NCBI RefSeq assembly: GCF_900232105.1
Contig: NZ_LT934425.1
Location: forward strand, 3,660,001-3,692,000
DNA length: 32,000 nucleotides
Direction of reading: 5' to 3'
From: Candidatus Kuenenia stuttgartensis
GTDB lineage: Bacteria > Planctomycetota > Brocadiia > Brocadiales > Brocadiaceae
Shown piece by piece: positions 23,785 to 32,000 of the stretch; position 1 is the first letter of the stretch, and each line of letters begins with the position of its first letter. Under the pieces are notes generated by a model. It ran no database searches. It saw only the letters and a program-made list of their open reading frames with translations, and was not told the DNA's origin. The position numbers and the translations under genes were made by a program.

Positions 23785-24729
23785 TCATTTTTTATAAAGT
23801 CTCCGCTCAAACATCCTCACATAATCCGTCCAGGCACTGCTGTCATCTTTATGATTACTGATGGCTTTTAAAGCGCCTTGCATTTTTGCGTCCAGATTAT
23901 CAAGATAGTGCAGTGCTATTGCCTCAGGTGTGCCAGGTTTTACTGGGGAACCCCATTCATACTCGCCGTGATGACTCAATATGAGATGCAAAAGGACGTT
24001 AAGATGTTCTCCCGGAAATCCTTCAATCTTTGAAGCCTTCTCATTCACCATAAGGACGCCTGATATGAGGTGACCCGTAAGCAAGCCTTCATCGGTATAT
24101 TGAAAGCTTCTCTCGTAAGATAATTCTCTAATCTTACCAATATCATGAAGAATCGCACCGGTAATTAACAGGTCCTTTTTGACCACAGGATAAAAACCGG
24201 AAAAATTGACTGCCAGTTTTGTAACTGAAAGGACATGTTCCAGCAAGCCGCCCAAAAAGGCGTGGTGATTTTGTGTTGCGGCCGGTGCAGCACAAAATGC
24301 CGTAACAAATGACTTATCCGTAAAAAAGGAGATGAGCAGTTTTGAAAGATAGGGGTCTTTAACGGACCTGATAATTTCTTTCAATTCAGCCAGCATTTCC
24401 GGGACATTTTTTTCAGTGCTTTGTACAAACTCATCCATTTGCACTTCTGATTCAGAAACAGGGGTAATTTCCAAAAGTTTGATTTGCAGAGAATTATTAA
24501 AGGTTTCTACCGTACCTTTGATTCTTATAAATCCGTCACTATTGAAACTATTATAAAGCGATGTGCTTGCATCCCATTTTTTTGCGTCAATACATCCGGA
24601 TTTGTCTGCCAGTTGCAGATTGAGATATGGTTTTTTGTCTTTAGTCTCCCGAATCTCCTTTTTGAGAACAAGGAAAACGCCCTCTACCTGATTGCCACTC
24701 TTTAGATTTGCTATATATTGTCTGGACAT
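23785..24729 (-). CDS. YhaM-like 3'-5' exoribonuclease (OB-fold + HD domain)
   Basis: The N-terminal OB fold is [29 protein letters not shown]. The HD domain has [25 protein letters not shown] and [14 protein letters not shown]. Confidence 0.8.
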   Translation of the reverse strand: MSRQYIANLKSGNQVEGVFLVLKKEIRETKDKKPYLNLQLADKSGCIDAKKWDASTSLYNSFNSDGFIRIKGTVETFNNSLQIKLLEITPVSESEVQMDEFVQSTEKNVPEMLAELKEIIRSVKDPYLSKLLISFFTDKSFVTAFCAAPAATQNHHAFLGGLLEHVLSVTKLAVNFSGFYPVVKKDLLITGAILHDIGKIRELSYERSFQYTDEGLLTGHLISGVLMVNEKASKIEGFPGEHLNVLLHLILSHHGEYEWGSPVKPGTPEAIALHYLDNLDAKMQGALKAISNHKDDSSAWTDYVRMFERRLYKK

Positions 24730-24916
24730 TATTTAAGCAGGATTTTTTGGAAAGGTAATTTATGCAGAAATTGTAAGAGAGTAATTGTGTAAAGTCAAGA
24801 AATATAACGGAATACGCCGCATTTCTTTACAATAGACACAGTGCTCTATGCCAGTTAAAGGTGGAATTACAGATTACACAATAAGAATTTTCGTAACACT
24901 TTAGTTCTTTGAAAAA

Positions 24917-26254
24917 TTAACAAGCGATATTATAAGTTAAGCCGGAAGTGGTTTTTGTTAAAAGAGCTTTTTTGGCGTATGCCAGAAGGTTTTCCACGGG
25001 GTTGTCTCCTTGCAATTCTGCAGAGCGAAGCAACGTCATAAGGATAGCCTGGGTATTGGCGCCCTGAACAGAACGATTCTGTTGTGATACCTTTCGGGTC
25101 AATACTGGCTTTCGCATCTGTTGCTCGGCATGATTATTATAGGGACTCACACCTTCATGTTCCAGGAACGTAAAGAGTTCCTGTTTATGGCGCTTCAGGC
25201 GTTTGGTCAATCTTTGTACGTCTTTATCCTGACAAGGCGTTGCCAAAAACTGTTCAAGCCTGCGATACAATCTTTTTTTTAGCCGAAGAAAGCATACCAG
25301 GCTTATCTGGTTCTTTTTCTCTGATAACCGGATGGCATCCTTGAGCAACCGGGAGAGTTTTTTCCGGAAAGCTTTCCATGCGGCAGAATGGTTGTGGGCA
25401 TCTACTTTCACGAGTTCCGTGAACAGATGATAGAAACACCGCTGCTTTGCCAGTGCGCTTATCTTGTTGTAAGCGCCCAGAAAGTCACAGATCAGGATAC
25501 CACCAAATAGAATGCCCAAGAGTTTTTTTATGACAGGAGACCCCCGACTTGGTGTTATGAGATAGTAGCAGAGTTTTTGTGTTGTAAAACACCATAGCCA
25601 ATGGGTTTTTCCATTCAACCTCCATCCGGTTTCATCTGCATATAAGACAGCGCTTGCGGAGACTTTTTGGCCAATCTCGTTATACTGTGGCTCCAGGAGT
25701 GTTGCAAGGGATTTCCATGCCTGGGTTAGACCGCCGGCGCTTATTTGAAGGTTGAAAAATACGGAAAGCATCTTTACGATGTTGTTTACACTGATACCGA
25801 TTAAGTAGTGAAGCCATGCGGTAAAGACAACAAGGCGCAATCCTAGTCGGGCGCCATGCAACGCATCTGTGACCTTGGGTTGAACTATCTTTTTGCAACA
25901 AGCACACCAGTAACCATGAACTGTATGTTCCGTCACAACAGGGTCAAGGCGTGGAATATCTTCGATGTATCGCTTATAAGTTCTTACCGGTTTTTGTAAT
26001 GGCTGGTGGCAATCAGGGCAACTCTCCATGGAATGCGTTTGATAGGCAGTTACTGTTTCAGGTCGTTTCCGGCAAACTCCCTTATGTCCCTTTTTCCTGC
26101 CACAAGGCCGTTTTCTCTTTTTCTTTGTGGGCTTTAGATAGGGCGGTATCGAACCGGAAGGGGTAGTCGGACCCGGTTTATCGCAAAGCCGGTCATATTT
26201 TTCTGCTTTCTCCGCCAGTATCAGGATGGCTTGAATCGCATCCTCTCTGTCCAT
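24917..26254 (-). CDS. IS66-family transposase
   Basis: Zn-finger-like CPDCHQPL...CACCKK, YADETGWRLNGKTHWLWCFTT, ILICDFLGAYNKI and NNHAEQQMRKPVLTRKVSQQNRSVQGANTQAILMTLLRSAELQGDNPVENL. I prefer the Met in ...ILEMDRED (26254), which lies just after the upstream ORF stop, to the track start at 26455. Confidence 0.8.
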   Translation of the reverse strand: MDREDAIQAILILAEKAEKYDRLCDKPGPTTPSGSIPPYLKPTKKKRKRPCGRKKGHKGVCRKRPETVTAYQTHSMESCPDCHQPLQKPVRTYKRYIEDIPRLDPVVTEHTVHGYWCACCKKIVQPKVTDALHGARLGLRLVVFTAWLHYLIGISVNNIVKMLSVFFNLQISAGGLTQAWKSLATLLEPQYNEIGQKVSASAVLYADETGWRLNGKTHWLWCFTTQKLCYYLITPSRGSPVIKKLLGILFGGILICDFLGAYNKISALAKQRCFYHLFTELVKVDAHNHSAAWKAFRKKLSRLLKDAIRLSEKKNQISLVCFLRLKKRLYRRLEQFLATPCQDKDVQRLTKRLKRHKQELFTFLEHEGVSPYNNHAEQQMRKPVLTRKVSQQNRSVQGANTQAILMTLLRSAELQGDNPVENLLAYAKKALLTKTTSGLTYNIAC

Positions 26255-26273
26255 CTCCAAAATAGCTATGGCT

Positions 26274-27155
26274 TCATCCCTGGTCACAGTCAAGAAACCT
26301 CCGAAAGTTTTTTTGAAGAGGGTAGAGGTAGAGATCCTTAGGTTGGCCATGATACAGATAGCGATTGCCCCGTTTTGCGCTCCCTTTGGTTTTGCCAGCA
26401 CGAATCCAATTGGCCGCCTGATAGCAGGTACCCTTAAACCGCGCGGTATCAACAAAGGTTTCGGCTAAATAAACGGGATGGCCGTAAACGGTATTCCAGT
26501 CATCTGACAGACGTCTGAGGGCAAGTGACAATACCTTGGATGCAAGGTGTTTGATCTTAACCCATGGTAGAATGAGAAATCGTACGTTATTTGCAATCAA
26601 ATGTAAGTGTGTACGTTTAGTCGTCTCATCCCATTCAATGAAACGATCACGGTCTTTGACTTTCCATGCGGCGCTTGCCCACCCCAGGCAGGCAACAACC
26701 TGATTGCCTATACGTACGATGTGTCTGAGGTGTTCGCCAACAAGCCGGGGATTGCCGAGGTAGTGATAGTGTTGGAAGAGATACTCCCAGAGATATCTTT
26801 CCTGAGGGTCTTTTACCACATGGATTGTCAGGTTTTCATACTCTGTGATTTTACCTTCTAGTGGTCTCCTGACGAAAAGGGGTGTCTGGACAAAGACCTT
26901 GGGTTTCAGATTGTTTTTGGCCCGTATACGTGGAGGAAGCGTTATCAATCCCTGTTCTTCTAATCTCAAAAGGAGGTCTCGTGCTGCGTATTCTTTATGT
27001 TTGCCATTGGGCTGCACCCAGTTCCAATGCTTGCATAGTTCGCAGGAAATATAAGTCCGACCTCTGAGAAAATGCTGCTCGATGAGCGCCTTTATAAAGG
27101 CGATATCGTCCGCATGCAGTTTTCGTGAACGGTATTGGAATATGATAGGCTTCAT
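26274..27155 (-). CDS. DUF4338-like protein encoded inside the IS66-family element
   Basis: HYHYLGNPRLVGEHLRHIV, NNVRFLILPWVKIKHLASKVLS, YLAETFVDTARFKGTCYQAANWIRAGKTKG. I recognise these motifs as DUF4338, from memory only. Confidence 0.6.
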   Translation of the reverse strand: MKPIIFQYRSRKLHADDIAFIKALIEQHFLRGRTYISCELCKHWNWVQPNGKHKEYAARDLLLRLEEQGLITLPPRIRAKNNLKPKVFVQTPLFVRRPLEGKITEYENLTIHVVKDPQERYLWEYLFQHYHYLGNPRLVGEHLRHIVRIGNQVVACLGWASAAWKVKDRDRFIEWDETTKRTHLHLIANNVRFLILPWVKIKHLASKVLSLALRRLSDDWNTVYGHPVYLAETFVDTARFKGTCYQAANWIRAGKTKGSAKRGNRYLYHGQPKDLYLYPLQKNFRRFLDCDQG

Positions 27156-27860
27156 AAACTGTTTCCCTTTATTGAAGCCTTTTATACCACAAAGGAAAAA
27201 CAGACGCCAGCTTTTTTTACCTTTTTTCGCTATTAATTTTTCAAAGAACTAAAGTGTTACGAATTTTCTCATCTGTGTTAATCTGGTACGCCAAGGAGTG
27301 TTTATATATCAGTTGGTGCAAATCCAACCCGTCAATTGGCCGTTCGGGCATCAGTGAAAGAGGCAGAAAGCCTCACGGGAGGGTGTAAACAGCGATGAAT
27401 ACGTTCGAGTTTCCTGTAGCGAGCCGTCAGACCGTAGCGCAAGTGAACAAACACGCAGGCCTCGTTACGCTAAAAATACGAAAGATGATCCTCCCGGATT
27501 GGTCGAAATCTGCAATTGCATAAGCAGAAATGCTGCGTCTCAGTTTATTTGGTACAAAATCTCACATTATTTGAATTTAGAATTTTTTATTTGTTGTAAA
27601 CGTCACCCCACCTTTAAAAAATGCATTTAATGATAAATTTATAACTATTCTAATTCAAACACTTTAGAGAAGAATTTTGTGTAGAGGCGCACAGCCGTGC
27701 GCCTCTATACAAATTAAATGTTAATTATAATTTCAAATTATTTTGTCATTAGAATCTGCTTCGGATTTCGTAATTTTATCATAGTACATAATTCATGGCA
27801 TGCTGATTGCTCAAAAGAAAGGCCGTATTAATTATTTTTTTACAATTGTTTGGAGGAATT

Positions 27861-28022
27861 ATGATGGGAAAGCATAAAAAGATTTTTTCAGAATATTATA
27901 ACGATAATGACAGAGAAGAACTTTATGATACCCTGGATGCCTTACATGTTCTTATGGAAGGAGACAGGGAATTTAGATATGGCGACCTTCTCTCAGAGAT
28001 GGATCAAATAAACAAGCATTAA
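27861..28022 (+). CDS. Small hypothetical protein (53 aa)
   Basis: ATG preceded by tGGAGGaatt. Acidic, helical-looking, no recognisable family. Confidence 0.35.
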   Translation: MMGKHKKIFSEYYNDNDREELYDTLDALHVLMEGDREFRYGDLLSEMDQINKH

Positions 28023-28023
28023 C

Positions 28024-28096
28024 GTAGGGGCTAAGCATGTATAAGTTTGGGTATGAACGCATTTGTGACAATTTATAGCAAATGCCTCATCCCTAC
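28024..28096. repeat. Decayed, inverted copy of the MITE hairpin core
   Basis: Its reverse complement (gtagggatgaggcatttgctataaattgtcacaaatgcgttcatacccaaacttatacatgcttagcccctac) aligns along its full length with 5758-5829. Confidence 0.7.
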
Positions 28097-28209
28097 ATCG
28101 GGTTATATCGCAAGGTATAATAATTGGACATTACAATGACTTGTTTTGTGAGAAAATACGATACAACGTATTTTGAAACGCAGGTTTTGCATTATTGCGG
28201 ATACACTCA

Positions 28210-29511
28210 CTACCTGAGCTTGATCTTCATTTTTCGATTAATTTCCGCTTCCTGCCGTAGATTATTTGCCTCATTTTTTAACGCTCGTAAATCATTTAAC
28301 ATTTCCGGCCAACAATGAGAATACGCATAATTTACATTCATATGATGAAGCGCTTTTCCGGCAATAGCCGCATGGCGTTTTGTCAGACGTATAAAAATAC
28401 CTTCCGCCTTTGAAACAGTGCTGTGCAAGGGGTATTCTCCTGTAAAATATGCATGCTCAGGATAACTGCTATTTAGCGGTATTGTCAATTCAGGTAAGAG
28501 TAGTTTCTCCCTGTCAAGCGCCAACACTAACCCTTCTGCCTCTTTTACTACCGTATTAAATACCTTTTGCGCATTTTTTGCGCTCACCAGCGCATCTTTT
28601 GAAAAAGCTGGGGAGTGGCATTTATTGCATAGCACCAACATATCATTTTTCTCTTTCCATGAATCTTCTTTATTGAAGCCTTTCTCTTCTTCTTTCTCTG
28701 AATAGGGTGATTTACCGCCCATTTTGCCGGATAGTCTGAAGCGTGTATCATGTGTGCCGTCAGGCATATGGCACGTTACACAAACGGGTGATGATAAGTA
28801 AGCGGATTTGGAATAGCCCTCTTTTGCAGATCGAATAGCGGAACTCACCAAACCATGCTTAGAATTCATATAGATTTCATACTGCGGATGATCAGAACCG
28901 GTGTGGCAGACGCCACAAACAGCGGGAGATTTTATGTGAGACTGGCCGGTTACATGCTGTGTATGGCATGAATTGCATTTAAATTGTATAGTATGACATG
29001 ATTCGCAGGAAGTTAAAAGATTGTCTGACGAGAATGGAACATTTTTTTGGAAATCAACCACTGAATCCCAACTGGATGAGTGGCTGCTTTGCATGAACTC
29101 ATTGTATTGTTTCATGTGACAGCGTCCACAAATCTGTGGAGATACCATACGTTGAACGCCTTTGTCAGAACAACTGGTTTCTTTTTTTTGAAATGACTCT
29201 TTTTCTGTTTTGTCAAATTCAGGAGAAACAGCGTGACAGTCCTTGCAGCCGACATTCATTACGGCGTGTTTGTTAGTTTGCCATTCGACATTCAGATGAT
29301 GAGCAACGTTGGATTTTTTATGACATGAGATGCAGTGTAACGACTCTTCCACGGCAACGTTTTTTTCTTCTTTTGGTTTAACCACTTCAAGGGTTGGAAC
29401 ATTTGTATGTTCATTCTGTGTGGCACAGCCCGGAAAGAAGAGCAAACAGGAAATAACAATGAGGGATGTTTGCAAATACATAAAAGTTTTAACAGGGATT
29501 GGAGCAGACAT
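28210..29511 (-). CDS. HAO-family octahaem cytochrome c, probably a lipoprotein or secreted
   Basis: Eight CxxCH motifs (CISCH, CKDCH, CGRCH, CESCH, CNSCH, CGVCH, CVTCH, CNKCH). The N-terminal hydrophobic segment ends in FFPGC. Confidence 0.8.
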   Translation of the reverse strand: MSAPIPVKTFMYLQTSLIVISCLLFFPGCATQNEHTNVPTLEVVKPKEEKNVAVEESLHCISCHKKSNVAHHLNVEWQTNKHAVMNVGCKDCHAVSPEFDKTEKESFQKKETSCSDKGVQRMVSPQICGRCHMKQYNEFMQSSHSSSWDSVVDFQKNVPFSSDNLLTSCESCHTIQFKCNSCHTQHVTGQSHIKSPAVCGVCHTGSDHPQYEIYMNSKHGLVSSAIRSAKEGYSKSAYLSSPVCVTCHMPDGTHDTRFRLSGKMGGKSPYSEKEEEKGFNKEDSWKEKNDMLVLCNKCHSPAFSKDALVSAKNAQKVFNTVVKEAEGLVLALDREKLLLPELTIPLNSSYPEHAYFTGEYPLHSTVSKAEGIFIRLTKRHAAIAGKALHHMNVNYAYSHCWPEMLNDLRALKNEANNLRQEAEINRKMKIKLR

Positions 29512-29551
29512 TTTTATTCTCCTTACAAATCATTTCGTAAAAATATGAAGA

Positions 29552-30346
29552 TTATTCAGACAACAATGCCCACATCCGGCATTGTCCTCCCGAACCTCCC
29601 TCTATTTTAATCGGTGCGAGGATAAGTATGATGCCTTTTGGCGGCAATTTGTCGAGGTTTGCTACATTTTCAAGTATGTACTTGCCTGCGCCATTTATTA
29701 TATGATGCACCTGAAAGTCTGAACACATGCCGCAATCTCCGCTTAAGGTATCAATGCCAATGCCCTTTATTTCTCTTTGCTGTATTAAAAAAAGCGCCGC
29801 TTCTTTAGAATAGCCGGGGAAATGCATCCTGTTGCAGTTGTCCATATTTTTGTATTGTTCATTATTATCCCATCGCTTGCTCCATCCGGTATAAAGCAAA
29901 ACAATGGCCCCATGAGGAATTGTGCCGTGTTCTTTTTCCCAGTGCAGTATATCTTCGGCAGACAGTGTGTAATCCTGGTTTCTTTTTACCTTTTCCTGTA
30001 TGTTAATCACAATGGCGGGGCCGACTAATTGTTCGAATGGTATTTGGTCTACGGAAGATTGATTCGGCTCAAAATGATTTGGTGCGTCAATATGTGTGCC
30101 TAAATGTTCCGGTGTGCTGTATTTTCCCGAAAAGACCTTGTCTTTTCTTAATGAAGCGATTACTTCATATTTGAATGGTTCATATGCCCCTACAGGCCAG
30201 TGCGCATTTTTTTCGTTTAGTGGATAAGTTAAATCGATAATTGATGCCTTGCCGTCCATCACCTTCTCCAGAATCCCTGCGGATATGTCTGATGTAATGC
30301 AGGACAATGCAATGCAGGTAAAAAGGGGTATGAAAACCATTTTCAT
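29552..30346 (-). CDS. Putative cyclase / arylformamidase-family (kynurenine formamidase-like) protein with signal peptide
   Basis: TPEHLGTHIDAPNHF, IVLLYTGWSKRW, HFPGYSKEAALFL, GIGIDTLSGD and FQVHHIINGAGKYILENVANL. The start is moved to MKMVFIPLF... because the track start at 30397 lies inside a MITE remnant. Confidence 0.75.
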   Translation of the reverse strand: MKMVFIPLFTCIALSCITSDISAGILEKVMDGKASIIDLTYPLNEKNAHWPVGAYEPFKYEVIASLRKDKVFSGKYSTPEHLGTHIDAPNHFEPNQSSVDQIPFEQLVGPAIVINIQEKVKRNQDYTLSAEDILHWEKEHGTIPHGAIVLLYTGWSKRWDNNEQYKNMDNCNRMHFPGYSKEAALFLIQQREIKGIGIDTLSGDCGMCSDFQVHHIINGAGKYILENVANLDKLPPKGIILILAPIKIEGGSGGQCRMWALLSE

Positions 30347-30383
30347 AACAAACTTCCTTCCATGGATTAATGAAAATAAAAGC

Positions 30384-30479
30384 AGGGGGCGAAGCATTAG
30401 CTATAAATTGGCATAAATGCGTTCGTGCCCAAACTGGCAAATGCTTCGCCCCTACTTTTTCAAAAAACTAAATTGTTAC
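30384..30479. mobile_element. Truncated MITE copy (hairpin core + right terminal repeat only)
   Basis: ggggcgaagcattagctataa...caaatgcttcgcccctac followed by tttttcaaaaaactaaattgttac. The reverse complement of that end is GTAACAATTTAGTTTTTTGAAAAA, matching the IS66/MITE terminal repeat. Confidence 0.7.
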
Positions 30480-30690
30480 GAGAAAATTTGCACTATAATT
30501 CAATCAAAGACAAAAGTGTAGCATATCTTATCGATTCATACCGGCGGAGTTCAATAATTATCTTTTTTTATTTATTTTAAGGTGTATATGTATTTAAATA
30601 ACAAACAGTAACTGTGGTTTTTATGAAAAAGGTATAATTCCCGGCAGATAATTTGTTATTTTTGAGTACTGGTTTTAGAGGATACTAATT

Positions 30691-31719
30691 ATGCGTAAAA
30701 TGGCAATGTATGGTTTTGTATTATTATTGGCGCTTGTTGTGGGAAATGCTATTGATGGAATTGCAGATGATAAGATACAGGGTGATGGCAGATTAAAAAA
30801 TGCTGAAAGCATTGCTCCGGCTATACAATTTGATGCATATACCCATGATTTTGGGAAGATTTATAGTGGTGAAAAAGTTATCCATAAATTTAAATTCAAA
30901 AATCATGGCGACGGTGAATTGATAATCGATAAGGTGAAATCTGCATGCGGTTGTACGGCGGCATTAAGTACAAAGAAAAATATCAAAAAAAATGAAGAGG
31001 GAGAAATCGAGGTAAAATTCAATTCCGGCAAGTACGTTGGTAAAATAGCAAAATCAATATTTGTGCATTCAAATGACCCCGTTAATCCAAAGGTTAAATT
31101 GGTCATTGAAATGAATATAATTGAAGAAGTAAGCGTTACTCCTAAGCGAATTAATTTTGGCGTCATCAGAATGGGTAGTCCTTGTTCAGTAAATCTCGAA
31201 ATAAAAACATTACCCGGTTCAAGGATAAAAATATTGAATGTTGAAACAAATTTTCCCTATATAAAACTAAAGGATAAAGAGAAAAGTGGAGATGTTTGGA
31301 ATTATGAGGTTGCGTTAAGAGGTGTTGAAGAGCTTGGAAAGTTTAACGGTTTTATTTTTGTTCATACAAATAGCGAAAAGAAACCAAAGATTGATATCCC
31401 TTTTAACGGCGAGGTGATAGGTGATATTACGTATTACCCGAATAAACTGTCCTTTGGAACAGTCAGGAAAAACCGGGAAGTTAAAAAAACGGTTATTGTT
31501 ACCTTAGTGGATAAAAGTGTAGAAATTGAAAAAATAGAAATAGAGCCTGCATTTATGACATATAATATTTCTCCGCTGAATGATGATAGCCGGGTAATCA
31601 GTGTGCATATGAATCAGGGAGATTTTACCGGAACGGTAAACGGCAGTTTGTTGATCTATTCGAATAGCTCTCTTCAGCCTGAGATTTGTATCCCTATTTC
31701 GGCGACAATAAATGATTGA
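30691..31719 (+). CDS. DUF1573 domain-containing secreted protein (repeated Ig-like/ASH-type modules)
   Basis: It has a signal peptide. HDFGKIYSGEKVIHKFKFKNHGDGELIIDKVKSACGCTAA is the hallmark DUF1573 motif. Confidence 0.75.
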   Translation: MRKMAMYGFVLLLALVVGNAIDGIADDKIQGDGRLKNAESIAPAIQFDAYTHDFGKIYSGEKVIHKFKFKNHGDGELIIDKVKSACGCTAALSTKKNIKKNEEGEIEVKFNSGKYVGKIAKSIFVHSNDPVNPKVKLVIEMNIIEEVSVTPKRINFGVIRMGSPCSVNLEIKTLPGSRIKILNVETNFPYIKLKDKEKSGDVWNYEVALRGVEELGKFNGFIFVHTNSEKKPKIDIPFNGEVIGDITYYPNKLSFGTVRKNREVKKTVIVTLVDKSVEIEKIEIEPAFMTYNISPLNDDSRVISVHMNQGDFTGTVNGSLLIYSNSSLQPEICIPISATIND

Positions 31720-31865
31720 AGTGGTAAATAATTCTTACGGTAGTTTCTCAATAAGTTTTGGTAGGGGTTGTCAAAAAAATAAAAACTGCTCCCGTTTCCA
31801 ATTAAGCTCCGGTTTCGGATAGAAAAAAGAATGTGTAACACTGTTACAAATGTTACAATATTTTT

Positions 31866-32000
31866 ATGAAAAAATATTATAACGCCATATTTCTCCTTGT
31901 TTTCATTTCTCTGATCGCAAAAACCGGCAGTTCTTCCGATAGATTCGTTTTAATATTTTTCGGTGAAGAGCAAGGCGCCCTTGCCCCCTGCGGTTGTTTT
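31866..32000 (+). CDS. Secreted hypothetical protein, N-terminal fragment (continues beyond the window)
   Basis: My translation: MKKYYNAIFLLVFISLIAKTGSSSDRFVLIFFGEEQGALAPCGCF. The reading frame is still open at the window end. Confidence 0.4.
   Translation, partial: MKKYYNAIFLLVFISLIAKTGSSSDRFVLIFFGEEQGALAPCGCF

Larger units (their letters stand above)
24893..27260 (-). mobile_element. Intact IS66-family insertion sequence (2368 bp) with ~30-bp terminal inverted repeats and an 8-bp target-site duplication
   Basis: The left end GTAACACTTTAGTTCTTTGAAAAATTAA matches the reverse complement of the right end exactly. The flanking direct repeat GAATTTTC is at 24885-24892 and 27261-27268. Confidence 0.9.

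Noticed and set aside
26274-27155. DUF4338 (DruA-like) protein as evidence for a Druantia defence system
   Set aside because: The gene lies inside the inverted repeats and target duplication of an IS66-family element. No large DruE-type helicase or other Druantia genes are present.
27290-27400. Riboswitch-like strings (GGTGCAAATCC, GAGGG...GATGAA, AGATGA) reminiscent of cobalamin, FMN or SAM-I elements
   Set aside because: The order and spacing of the motifs do not match any of those consensus architectures. The B12 box and the conserved CCCGC-ACTGT segment are absent, and the downstream gene is not a plausible regulon member.

Overview
AT-rich bacterial chromosomal window. All domain calls below come from reading motifs in the supplied translations and DNA by eye; no searches were run. 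Two HAO-family octahaem cytochrome c genes, a DUF1573 protein and a very high load of IS, MITE and short-repeat elements suggest an anammox-type planctomycete, but that is only a guess.

Ordinary chromosomal genes sit on both flanks. On the left (1-7.5 kb): a DUF362 Tat-signal protein, DUF465, parvulin PpiC, a PNPOx-like protein, TauE/SafE, a GAF-GGDEF cyclase and an HAO-like cytochrome. On the right (21.2-32 kb): RNase R, a YhaM-like OB/HD exoribonuclease, an IS66-family element with a DUF4338 ORF, a second HAO-like octahaem cytochrome, a cyclase/formamidase-family protein and DUF1573.

Between them lies a ~13.5 kb mosaic accessory island (7.5-21.1 kb). My main reading is that this island is built from integron-type gene cassettes. 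I find six attC-like imperfect palindromes whose left boxes are complementary to the first bases of their own cassettes.

The cassettes carry:
- a hicAB pair;
- an orphan antitoxin-like gene;
- a DUF262/DUF1524 (GmrSD-like) nuclease;
- a 1 kb cassette with a TIR/NDT/SLOG-like protein;
- DUF104-like antitoxin / MazF modules;
- a single 2.5 kb cassette with five tightly coupled genes: four mutually divergent TIR-domain proteins plus one all-alpha protein of unknown family.

The five-gene cassette is the most notable. It has no recognisable ThsA, SIR2, SLOG-Macro or STING effector, so it is my candidate for an undescribed Thoeris-like or otherwise new TIR defence module.

The island is further scrambled by several elements:
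- two ~918 bp direct repeats encoding an IS200-like/RAYT-type Y1 transposase;
- four ~70 bp REP-like hairpins, one of which is split by an IS630 insertion at a TA;
- a 5'-truncated group II intron with recognisable domain V;
- a ~300 bp duplication of the cytochrome gene 3' end that brackets a hicBA module.

Two further genome-specific repeat classes occur in intergenic regions: STRR-like degenerate heptamer arrays, and a MITE family that shares the IS66 element's terminal inverted repeats.
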